64,000 nt of DNA from an uncultured Spirochaetota bacterium (GTDB lineage Bacteria; Spirochaetota; Brevinematia; Brevinematales; JAOACQ01), in assembly GCA_963783575.1 (NCBI GenBank), contig CAWAOD010000011.1, positions 574,661-638,660 on the forward strand, read 5' to 3'. Position numbers and translations under genes: made by a program. Below are positions 53,147 through 63,519 of the stretch, one piece after another (position 1 is the stretch's first letter; each line of letters starts with the position of its first letter). Under the pieces are notes generated by a model. It worked only from the letters and a program-made list of their open reading frames with translations. It was not told the origin of the DNA and ran no database searches.

Positions 53147-53767
53147 ATGCATTTCGAAATTAATCATCCTCTATTAAATCATAAAATTTCAATCCTCAGG
53201 GATAAAAATACGGGACACAGGGATTTCAGGGCTGTTGTCAGCGAAATAACAATGCTTATAACCTATGAGGCGTTAAAGGATATTGAAACAGTTGATATTA
53301 CAGTTGAAACGCCTCTAACCAGAACCATAGGGAAAAAAATCAAGAAAGAGATTATTGTAGTTCCTATATTGCGTGCCGGAATCGGCATGCTTGAAGGAAT
53401 TCTCAGTTTGGTGCCGGATGCGAGAGTGGGATTTTTAGGAATCTATAGAGATCATGATACCAAGCTTCCTGTTGAGTATTATAATAAATTACCGGAATAT
53501 CTTGTTGATCCTCTCGCTGTGATTATTGATCCGATGCTTGCAACCGGCGGTTCTGCTATAGCTGCCATAGATATTCTTAAAAAGAAAAATTATACCGATA
53601 TAAAAATCATTTCGATTATTGCTGCCCCTGAAGGTTTAAAAGCCGTGGAAAATGTTCATCCTGACGTTGCAATTTTTATAGGCAGCATTGACGAATTCTT
53701 AAACGACAACAAGTATATCATTCCGGGGTTGGGAGATGCCGGTGACAGGCTGTTCGGAACAATATAA
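53147..53767 (+). CDS. upp: Uracil phosphoribosyltransferase
   Basis: VPILRAG, DPMLATGGS, YIIPGLGDAGDRLFGT. Confidence 0.97.
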   Translation: MHFEINHPLLNHKISILRDKNTGHRDFRAVVSEITMLITYEALKDIETVDITVETPLTRTIGKKIKKEIIVVPILRAGIGMLEGILSLVPDARVGFLGIYRDHDTKLPVEYYNKLPEYLVDPLAVIIDPMLATGGSAIAAIDILKKKNYTDIKIISIIAAPEGLKAVENVHPDVAIFIGSIDEFLNDNKYIIPGLGDAGDRLFGTI

Positions 53768-53770
53768 CCT

Positions 53771-54097
53771 GGCTTTCACACCTTCTTTCTGAACGATCAG
53801 AAAGAAGGTGTGCCAAGAAAGAATCGCCCCTACGCATTAGCGCCATTTTATGTAAAGTCGTCTTTTAGTATTGACATGTTGTTATTCCATGTTTTATTAA
53901 AGATTTTCTCATTATTAAAGAGCCTCACTCTGCAGTCCGGGCTGCGTTCGGGTCGCAGCCGTCCTGGCTGCGAAATACGAACAGATCGATTTATCATTAT
54001 AGGGGAATAACAACGATTTTAGTACTGAGATTTTTGTTAACCAAATAAAAGCTCAATCAGAAATGGCGCTAATGCTGCGGGGGGCAATTTAGCAGGC
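53771..54097 (+). repeat. Structured non-coding element, copy A (~330 bp, nested inverted repeats)
   Basis: Aligns along its length with the reverse complement of 63520-63848. Stems 53834-53848/54061-54075 and 53877-53888/54004-54015; hairpins 53777-53812 and 53953-53973. Confidence 0.85.
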
Positions 54098-54525
54098 GAA
54101 TTTCTTTAATCCTAAGATTGTTGGAAAACTACTTTGTGAAAGAGAATTACTTGTATAAACCTATAAATCAAGTAACAATGGGAGCAGGATGCTCCATAAA
54201 ATCTACCCAAAAGTCAAAAACCAGCCGAACGCTAGTTCGGCAGCGACACGAGATCGCACAGAAATGGCGCTCATGTTGCGGTGAGCAGTTAAACAAACTC
54301 TATCAATAAACATAAGATTATAATTATTAGGAAATTTCTGTTTATTATTAAATTTGATCATTATAAAATATTTTAAGATAGACAATGAAATATCCAGAGT
54401 TACTACTGATATTCCCTTTCAAAATATTCAACCCCATAATATTGAAAAGACTCAAAATCCATAAACATTTTATCGCCAGTGTTCACTAGCCTTTTTATGT
54501 CTTTTTTTATCACCGAATCATAATC

Positions 54526-55512
54526 TCATTTTTTACTTCTATTTAAGATGCTTACAACTATCTTTTTAATGATTTCCATTTCCTCCAGTTTACTTTCCGC
54601 AATTAGAAGTGTTAATGATGCAAGTCCTTCGTTACTCAAACGTTGAGTACCATTTCTATTATAAAGGCAATGATTTTTGTCAAGAAAATAGAGAAAACAC
54701 GCCGCCGCTATTCTTTTATTACCATCAATAAAAGTGTGATTCTTGACTATAAAATACAGTAGTAAAGCCGCTTTTTCCTCAATCGAAGGATAAAGATCGC
54801 TGTCTCCAAAAGACTGATATATTTGTGCGACAGAACTTCTGAAGCTTTCATCTTTTTCTTTCCCGAAAAGCTCTGAAGTGAATTCTTTTTTCATCTCTTG
54901 CACAATAGAGTAAAACTCCTTATATTCAATAAAGACAGCAGTCCTTTTTGTAATACCGCCGCCGTCAAGGGCTGCATGATCATAATCGTCCAGGATTTGC
55001 AGACCGGTAGAAAAATCAGCTAATAAAGAAACAAGGGATTTAGCCTCATCCAGAGTTTTTACTTGAAGATGAATACTTCTCTCAAGGACATCAATACTGG
55101 ATTTTAATGATTGCAGTTCCTGTTCCCTTTCTTTTAATTTTTTTTCATTCAAAGAATAGCCTTTTATCAGATGATCTTTTAAAATTGCATTTGCCCATAT
55201 ACGGAATTGAGTTCCACGCAGCGATTTTACTCTATAACCCACTGAAATAATAACATCAAGATTATAATATTCAATTCTTCGTTTAACTGTCCGGTTTCCT
55301 TCCTTTCGAACCGTCAAGGATTCCTTGACAGTTGAGTCTTTTATCAATTCGCCTTCTTTAAAACAATTATTTATATGAAGGCTTATGTTTTGTTTTGTTT
55401 GTTCAAAAAGTTCAGCCATTTGAACTTGGGTTAACCAGACAGTATCCTCATCAACTTTTACTTCAACATGAGTTTGTTTGTCCGTTGTTTGATAAATGAT
55501 TATATCATTCAT
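54526..55512 (-). CDS. RhuM-family N-terminal domain fused to a Fic/Doc domain
   Basis: DTVWLTQVQMAELF...YNLDVIISVGYRVKS.RGTQFRIWA (RhuM) and HTFIDGNKR (Fic/Doc motif). Confidence 0.9.
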   Translation of the reverse strand: MNDIIIYQTTDKQTHVEVKVDEDTVWLTQVQMAELFEQTKQNISLHINNCFKEGELIKDSTVKESLTVRKEGNRTVKRRIEYYNLDVIISVGYRVKSLRGTQFRIWANAILKDHLIKGYSLNEKKLKEREQELQSLKSSIDVLERSIHLQVKTLDEAKSLVSLLADFSTGLQILDDYDHAALDGGGITKRTAVFIEYKEFYSIVQEMKKEFTSELFGKEKDESFRSSVAQIYQSFGDSDLYPSIEEKAALLLYFIVKNHTFIDGNKRIAAACFLYFLDKNHCLYNRNGTQRLSNEGLASLTLLIAESKLEEMEIIKKIVVSILNRSKK

Positions 55513-55630
55513 TCCTTTTCCCTTTACCAGAACTTTTATTACTTCGATTCATTTTTGCTCTATTTATATTTTCAATAATAACAAACCTGTGCAGTACATC
55601 AGTACTGCAGGCGACACGAGGTCGCACGGT

Positions 55631-57960
55631 TCAAGCAACTTTTTTATCATATAAATACTTTTGAAACTCAATAAAAGTCTTCCTGATCCTTTTAACTCCG
55701 CCGAGTATTGTTTCGGTGTCATCAATCGCCTGATATTTTAATTCAAGCAAAGCCGGTAATTTTTCCTGATCCAGCTCTTCAACCCCGGATTCAATGTATT
55801 TTAATAGAACGAATTCCAGAAAGTCTTTTTGTTTATTATCAAGTCCTTTATATATTACAGTCTGAGCCTGCGCTACCCTGCTTTCCCTTGTAATCGGCTG
55901 TATGGCATATGATACATATTCCAGAACATCAAAGATATCGCTTTTTTCAGCATTGATCAACTGCTGCAACGCGGTCAGTTCATCCTTTCCATAACCGGCT
56001 TCCGCGAGTTTATCAAGAAATACTCTCCGGGTTGACGGATCGGACCATATACGGCGAAGTTTATCCTCGTTTTTAAAAAATCCGGGTAATGCGTCATACA
56101 GGTTTTTCAGGAATTCCTCCGATGAAACAGGCTTTCCGTCGGTACTCCAGAAAGAAGTCGCAATCATATGCTGTATTTCTCTTTCTTTACCGTCCCGAAG
56201 TTTGATTTTCAACTTTTGTCTTTTTTCCCTTTCATTTATTTCACCGGTTTCTTTAATATCCCCAGGCTCTTTTATATCATCCGGCATTTCAGGTTCGGGT
56301 TTTGTTACCGGTTCCAACGGCTCACCGTCCCATTCGGGATCGGTAAAATGTTTATATGCATCGACAAAATCATAAATGGTAAAATAATCTTTACCCTCAA
56401 ACAGACGCGTTCCCCTCCCCACAATCTGCTTGAATTCAATCATGGTTTTAACCGGACGCAAAAGGACAATGTTTCTGATATTCCGGGCATCCACCCCTGT
56501 CGATAGTTTTTGCGAAGTCGTTAATATGGTCGGAATCGTCTTTTCATTATCCTGAAACTCCCTTAAGTATTGATCGCCGAGATTGCCGTCATTCGCCGTC
56601 ACCCGGACGCAATAGTTCGTATTTGAGATAAGATTCCCGTCTTTACTCTTATATTGGTTGATTAAGTCGCGGACAGCCAGGGCATGTTCCTGAATCGCGC
56701 AAAATACAATGGTTTTTTCGCTCCGGTTGATTTCCCCAAGAAGAATTTGAACCCTTTTGATTCCCGTTCTTTGATCTCAATAATCCTGTTAAAATCGGCT
56801 TCCTCATAAATGCGGCCTTCCTCAACATCGCCTTCAATAACGGTATCATCGGATGTATAAATATAGGTATCGAGAGTGGTTTGTATCCGCTTTACCTTAA
56901 AGGGGGTTAAGAACCCGTCGTTTATGCCCTCTTTTAATGAATAAATATAAACGGGGTCGCCGAAATATTTATAAGTATCAGTATTATCCTTCCGCTTCGG
57001 GGTAGCTGTAAGCCCAAGCTGAACGGCAGGTGAAAAATATTCCAGTATATCGCGCCAGCTGCTTTCGTCGTTCGCGCCGCCCCTGTGGCATTCGTCAACG
57101 ATGATAAAATCAAAATAATCCGCCGGATATTCCCCAAAGTAAGGGTTGTTGTCTTTGCCCGTCATAAAGGTTTGAAATATGGTAAAGAAAATACTGCCGT
57201 TTACAGGCACTTTCCCTTTTTTACGGATTTCACCGGGGCTTATACGGACAAGAGCGTCTTCCGGGAATGATGAAAAAGCGTTAAAAGCCTGATTTGCCAG
57301 TATATTGCGGTCTGCTAAAAACAAAATCCTGGGTCTTCGCGAACCGTCCCGTTTAAGGTTCCAGCGGGTTTGAAAGAGTTTCCATGCTATCTGAAACGCG
57401 ATGAATGTTTTTCCGGTGCCTGTCGCCAGAGTTAAAAGGATGCGCTCCCTTCCCTCCGCTATAACTTTAAGAGCATTGTTGACGGCGATTTCCTGAAAGT
57501 AATAAATGTTTTTTGTTCCGCCCATATTATCAAAAGGAACCGCGTTGAACCTGTCCATCCACTCATTTTTTTCCGCGAAGACAATGTCCCATATTTCATC
57601 CGGGGATGGGAAGCGGGATATAAGCCCTTCTTGCCCGGTATTCATGCTGATTTGATAGATTTCATCGCCGTTCGTGGAATAGGCGTATTGGATATGGAGC
57701 TTTTCCGCGTAATTTTTCGCCTGCGCCGCGCCCTCGCTTGCGGAAAGATTATCGCTTTTGGCTTCTATAACGGCAAGCTTACGGTTTTTATAGACAAGGA
57801 TATAGTCGGCTTTGAGTGGTTTAGCCCTTATTCCCCCGGCCTGGATTCTCCCGGCGGTAATCGGATATTCCCTGAGGATTCTTGAGCCTTCCGAGGCGCC
57901 CCATCCGGCTTCCTTCAGCTTCGGGTCGATCAGTTCCGCCCTGGTTTCCGCTTCATTCAT
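55631..57960 (-). CDS. hsdR: Type I restriction enzyme subunit R, EcoAI/EcoEI-like (one frameshift at ~56755-56758)
   Basis: ADY..VIEAK nuclease, ATGTGKT, DECH, TATP, QIVGRGTR. Adding one A gives KRVQILLGEINRSEKTIVFCAIQEHA and joins the two track ORFs (~776 aa). Confidence 0.9.
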
Positions 57961-58614
57961 GATAATTCCTTTTTTATATTTTCATCTTTCTTCCAATTTT
58001 CAGGATTTGATTTAATATAATTTCGGACTCTGTTCAACTCTTCTTCACTCCTAATAATATGATCGTAAAACCCGGGCTGCCATGAAAAATCGCAGTTGAG
58101 ACGAGGCATTGCCATGTCTTTACTCCGCATTTTATTGATCGTTTTTGTGCAGATTGATTTATATGAACCGATAATAGCCGAGATAGTACCTTTCCCCTGA
58201 TTTTGAAAACGGGAAAGAGCGGGTTTATCAACGTTGAGACAGTTGAGACAAGGCATTGCCTTGTCTTTACCAGGATTGACCCCGCTATGGTCTATACCGG
58301 GGGCCTCCGTTTTATCTTTCCCGTTTTCAAAATCAGGGCCTTTATCGATTATGATGATACCATGCAGATGGTCCGGCATGATGACGAATTCATCCAGCCG
58401 GGCAAACGGAAAATGCGATGGTATCTCGCGCCAGAAAACTGTCCGCGGTTTTACCGGTTTCAGACAAAACCATTTTTCCATCCTCAACTTTCCCGAACAA
58501 ACGCTCGCGGTTTTTCACGCAGACTGTTATAAAATAATACCCGTCCGAAGAATAATCCCAATTCCGCAAGCGGGTGGATTCAATGCGGTATTTGTTTCTA
58601 AACAGGGTCATCAC
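57957..58614 (-). CDS. REP-associated tyrosine transposase (RAYT/TnpA-REP, Y1 HUH family; one frameshift at ~58435-58438)
   Basis: RLRNWDYSSDGYYFITVC, MPDHLHGII (HUH), WQPGFYDHIIR, YIKSNP. Confidence 0.88.
58095..58270. repeat. Two 29-bp REP-like palindromes inside the RAYT gene (58095-58123, 58242-58270)
   Basis: GTTGAGACGAGGCATTGCCATGTCTTTAC and GTTGAGACAAGGCATTGCCTTGTCTTTAC; core AGACAAGGCA-T-TGCCTTGTCT. Confidence 0.85.
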
Positions 58615-59815
58615 AGTTCCCCTTTGAAAGCTTTGTCCAGTATTGCCTTCTTCAATTCATCCAGCCCGGCGATCTTCTTCCGGTAGATTTCCTCCAGCCT
58701 TTTTGTCTCCGCGGAAAGTGAGTCGATTCTACTGATGATGCGGCGCTGTTCGGGGAGAGGGGGAAGAGGGATAATGACATTTTTCAATTTAATTAGTGTT
58801 AATCTCATAATAGCAACACCATCAATATATCCTAAAAAATTATTTCTTCCTATTTCACTATTCATATAGTGAACAAGATAAGTGTTAAGTAAGCATTCTA
58901 ATGGTTTAATAACAGCTACGCTAGAAAGAAGTGAAAACTCTTCTTCAATTGTATTTAATGCTGCTATTCCAGCAGTAGCTCCATCTTTTATATATAAAAC
59001 ATCTCCTTTTTTTACAGGGCAACGTTGATAAATAACTTTATGGTCTTTTTCTGTAACATAAGTTATCTTTGTAAGATCAATATAATAACGTTTGATATTC
59101 TTCGCTGTAACATACATATATTCACCTTCTCTTGTGCTTTTAGGTGAAAAATGTGTGCCATCTGTGAGTTTACAAACCTCTCCTAGCTTCTTCTTTTTCC
59201 ACTCACCCCCCGGATTTGTAAAAATCTTATTCAAACAACTCTCGAAAATCTCCCTCGCATTCGCCAGGTTCTTTTCGGCAATCTCTCTCGCCCTGGCGAT
59301 AGCGGCAAATGCCTCGTCGAGAATGGCGGCGATGCGGCGCTGTTCGGGGAGGATTCTGGATAATGAATAGAGAACCTTTCAGCTAACACAGAACGTGCAA
59401 GCTCAGTTTGACCTCCGCATCCTTCACCTGCATTTTTAATAGCTTCTTCTATTAGAATAAGCATATAACCAAAGAAATCAAGGAAAAACATACCTTCTTT
59501 TGGGCGAACGATAGTTACATGGGAGTCAACTGTTGTTAGCTCTTTTGGATTTTTACGAACCTGAGCAACTCGACCAAGTGTACCTGTACCGGTTGAGTTT
59601 ACTAATACATCGCCTAATTTAATATATCTCTCAGGATTAACTGGCTTATTTGAGGAATCATGTCTCCTTGATTGTTCGAAGCTGACATTATGATCTCGAA
59701 TACATTTTTGATTTAATACACAAACCCCATCTTCTTTTAAATATTTTGGAGAAATGCCACGATTCAAGAATGAACACACTTCCCCAAGTTTTTTTGTTTG
59801 CCAGTTGTGCTTCAT
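58611..59815 (-). CDS. hsdS: Type I restriction-modification specificity subunit (two TRDs; one frameshift at ~59346-59353)
   Basis: WQTKKLGEVC/WKKKKLGEVC TRD starts. Adding one C restores PESLPEQRRIAAILDEAFAAI. Ends AILDKAFKGEL. Confidence 0.9.
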
Positions 59816-61817
59816 ATGTACCTTTTTAAATCAACAATAATTGGCATATTTGATTTAATTGCTTTACCTGCTACAATTGCATGGTATTGTTTGAGATTTG
59901 GAAGCGCTTGAACCAAATCTTTACCTATATAATTACCTAAAAAATTAAAACTTGTTTCATCAAAAGCCTGGAAACAAATTACAGTATTACACTGAGTTAA
60001 GACTGTTTTAGATACATTTGCTGTTCTTTGTGCTATAACTAATAATCCAACACCATATTTTCTTCCTTGTAATGCAATTTGAGAAATTTTATTAACAATA
60101 GCTTTATTATTAGAATAATCACCAAAATCACCAAGAAATGTCGTTTCAGGTATAATTGTATGGGCTTCTTCTAAAACTAATGCAATTTTTATTGGTGTAT
60201 TTTCTTCATACTTTTTTTTTGCATAATTAAATATAATCTCTAAAGAGTTCTGTGTTTCATTTAATATATCTGTTGTATTACATAGCGCCGGTAATTCATA
60301 TATAGTAAGATTTTTTTCCTCTTTATTCATAAGGTAATTTTCTATCTCATCTTTACAAATCAGTTTATAATTATGTAAAATCATTGTTTTTTTCCATTCA
60401 CCAGTAAAATCAATACAAATTACCTTAGTATCAAATAGCAATTCTTCAATAATTTTTTGTGTAATGAATGTTTTACCAGAACCAGTAACACCTAAAAATG
60501 CAATATGATGGCTAACTGCATCATCAAGATTTATAACAGATGGCAAACTTGTACCCGGAATTACACCAAGTTTATAGTCTGGATAAATAAATTTGGTTAT
60601 TTCTATATCAGATGTATCTGCTTTAAATAAAGGAGTATTTATTGGTGGAACCCAGCCAAATTTTTGGAATGAAAGCTTATCGTTTTGCCATTCTCCTAGT
60701 TGTATAGCCTCACCTTCAATAAAGCCAGTTTCATTTCTTGCTTCAAGCTTTTCTTTTTTTGTTGTTCCAGTAACAACCTGGTAAAATAATCTTCTTTTAT
60801 CAATTTTAAGTTCAAGTAAATCACCTTCTTGTAAATCATCAACCATTTTTGAATATTCGAATTTTAACTTACTAATACATGAACCATCGATAACAATCCC
60901 AATAAATAAACAAGTTTTCAATTCTTTACAAATAGAATCTATTTCAGAACTATCAGATAATTTATAGACAATATTTTTTTCTAAACTAATAACTTCTTTC
61001 TTAGGTTCAGATAATTGTAAGATTTTTGCCCATTTTTCTTGATTAAGTAAATATGTATCAAAAACAATTCCGGTTATAGTAAGATCATCAGCATCCTGCA
61101 TTGAATATCTGAATCTAACAATATCAAATTTTTTAATAATTTTCTGTCTTCAAACAACTTTACTAAAAAAATCTTTTTTGACTGAACTCCAAATATCTCA
61201 CCTATTTGATTACCTTTCTCCTTTTTTAATATTGGAATGAAAATATTGTGAATGTTTTTTGGATTAATACAAAGGATAAAAAACCATAAAATGAAAAATA
61301 TCAGAGTATAAAAATCTTTAATTGAATAATATGCAAGTAAAAAATATAAAAAAATTGAAGAATAGAGTACTTTTCCTTGACCAATAATAACAACTATATT
61401 TTTAAGGGTATTAGAAACTTTATTTTTTAGTTGATCAGGGCTTTTTTCTTTATCTTCAAGTGCTATTGCAATTATAGAAATAAGCAAAATAATGAGTAAA
61501 ATAACAATTGCCATCCACCAGAAAAAGTTGTTATTAAATGATGTTTTAATTGCCAGGAATACAAGTAAAAGAGGAATAACATTTGTAATGACATTTTTTG
61601 GAGATGTATAATATGGCTCAATAAACAAAATGGAAAATAAAACCATTACAATACCTGAGTAAAACCATAGATCCTTAGTATCATTACTTGGTAATAATGT
61701 TTTATGAAAAATAAATTGTATTATTATAAAAATAAATAAAAAAAAGCTGAAAATAATAAATCTATTGTGGATTAAATGAATAATATTTTTTAGTATTAAA
61801 TTAATTAATAATTTCAT
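59812..61817 (-). CDS. Membrane-anchored HerA/DUF87-type P-loop ATPase (~6 TM + barrel-like region + ATPase; one frameshift at ~61129-61143)
   Basis: HIAFLGVTGSGKT (Walker A), DFTGE, LVLEEAH (Walker B), GRKYGVGLLVIAQR. One added A joins the 247-aa TM ORF to the 429-aa ATPase ORF via KKFDIVRFRYSMQD (~668 aa). Confidence 0.8.
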
Positions 61818-63268
61818 ACCATCCCCCTTATCCTCTCCATAATCTCTCCTGCCTCCTCATCCAGCCGCTTCATCTCCTTAAGAATCTCTTTTGGCTGACG
61901 TAAGACCGTCTCGTCCTTCCTGCGCGGGTTTTTCACCGAGAGGTCGAAAGTTCCTGTGTACACATCCGAAATGTCCACGCTCCAGGAGTTTTCAGAATCG
62001 GCCTTGGTTTTCTGAAGTTCGAGGAATCCGGCAAGGTCGGCTTCCGAAAGCGGGCTGGTTTTACCGAGGTTGCGGCCGGGATTGAGCTGGTAGAACCAGA
62101 TTTTGCGGGTCGGGGCGCCTTTCTCGAAGAAAAGAACCACGGTTTTTACACCGGCGCCTTGGAATACGCCGCCGGGCATGTCGAGGACCGTATGCAGGCT
62201 GCAGCCTTCCAGCAGGGTTTTCCGCAGCGCGACCGAGGCGTTGTCAGTATTTGAAAGAAAAGTGTTCTTGATGATCACTCCGGCTTTGCCGCCGGCCTTT
62301 AGGATTTTGATAAAATGCTGGAGGAACAGGAATGCCGTTTCCCCGGTTTTGATGGGAAAGTTCTGCTGGACCTCGGCGCGCTCTTTCCCGCCGAATGGGG
62401 GATTGGCAAGCACTATGTCATACCGGTCTTTTCCCTGTATGTCCATGATATTCTCGGACAGGGTGTTGGTATGGAGGATATTCGGCGCCTCGATTCCATG
62501 CAGGATCATATTCATGATGCCGATGATGTACGCCAGGGATTTCTTTTCCCGGCCGTAGAAAGTTTTTTTCTGGAGGGTTTCCATATCCGAGGTGGTCAGG
62601 TTTTTGCTTTCTTTCAGGTACTCAAATGCCTCGCACAAAAAACCGGCCGAACCCGCTGCGCCATCGTAAATCCTGTCGCCGATTTCCGGCGCGACTACCT
62701 TCACGATTGTTTTGATAAGCGGCCGTGGCGTGTAGTATTCGCCTCCGTTCCTTCCGGCGTTACCCATATTTTTGATTTTGTCCTCGTAGAGATGGCTCAT
62801 CTCGTGCTTTTCCGCCTTTGAGCGGAAACGCAGCGTATCTATTATATTGATGACTTCACGCAGGTTATAGCCGCTTTGAATCTTGTTTTTCAGCTCATTG
62901 AATATTTCCCCGATCTTATACTCGATGGTGTCCGGGCTTTCCGCTTCCGTTTTGAATTTTTTGAGATACGGAAAAAGATTATGGTCGACAAAATCTTTCA
63001 GGTCATCGCCGGATAATTCCTTGTGATGGTCTGTTTTTCCGTCTTTTCCTTTTGGAACAGCCCAGGTTTCCCAGGAATACTGTTTGTCAATGATGGATTC
63101 GTAATTTTTTCCGGTCAGTTCACCGGCCTTTTTCTTTTCCTTTTCCAGATCGTCCAGGTACTTCAGGAAGAGTACCCACGAGGTCTGTTCGACATAATCC
63201 AGTTCGCTCGAACATCCCGCGTCTTTATGAAGAATATCGTCAATGTTTTTAAACGCCTGTTCAAACAT
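61814..63268 (-). CDS. hsdM: Type I restriction-modification N6-adenine methyltransferase subunit
   Basis: GEYYTPR, YDGAAGSAGF (motif I), LANPPF (motif IV); AGGAG RBS. Confidence 0.96.
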   Translation of the reverse strand: MFEQAFKNIDDILHKDAGCSSELDYVEQTSWVLFLKYLDDLEKEKKKAGELTGKNYESIIDKQYSWETWAVPKGKDGKTDHHKELSGDDLKDFVDHNLFPYLKKFKTEAESPDTIEYKIGEIFNELKNKIQSGYNLREVINIIDTLRFRSKAEKHEMSHLYEDKIKNMGNAGRNGGEYYTPRPLIKTIVKVVAPEIGDRIYDGAAGSAGFLCEAFEYLKESKNLTTSDMETLQKKTFYGREKKSLAYIIGIMNMILHGIEAPNILHTNTLSENIMDIQGKDRYDIVLANPPFGGKERAEVQQNFPIKTGETAFLFLQHFIKILKAGGKAGVIIKNTFLSNTDNASVALRKTLLEGCSLHTVLDMPGGVFQGAGVKTVVLFFEKGAPTRKIWFYQLNPGRNLGKTSPLSEADLAGFLELQKTKADSENSWSVDISDVYTGTFDLSVKNPRRKDETVLRQPKEILKEMKRLDEEAGEIMERIRGMV

Positions 63269-63519
63269 TTATTATACTCCTTAAGGCAAATCAGTATTAG
63301 AATCGCGATATTATTTTTATTGGCAATAATAAATTATACACCCTGTTAAAACTTAATGTAAATAAACTAACACCTATTATTATGATTTCCGCCCATCGTA
63401 AAAACGCGATTTCTTCAACCTCCCATTGCTCACCGAATCAAAAATTCGGCGGCCGTCATAACGGTCACTTTGATACGCGTCTAAGTTCGGCAAGCTCACT
63501 GCATCGCTCAGTGGCCGAA

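Noticed and set aside
53810..54010. 66-aa ORF sharing RKNRP..LAPF.VK with the 62-aa ORF at 63628-63816
   Set aside because: The similarity comes from the repeated structured element; the frames diverge afterwards and there is no RBS.
57957..58614. Autonomous IS200/IS605 element with TnpB
   Set aside because: No tnpB and no non-coding ends, since the gene overlaps both neighbours; motifs fit the RAYT subgroup.
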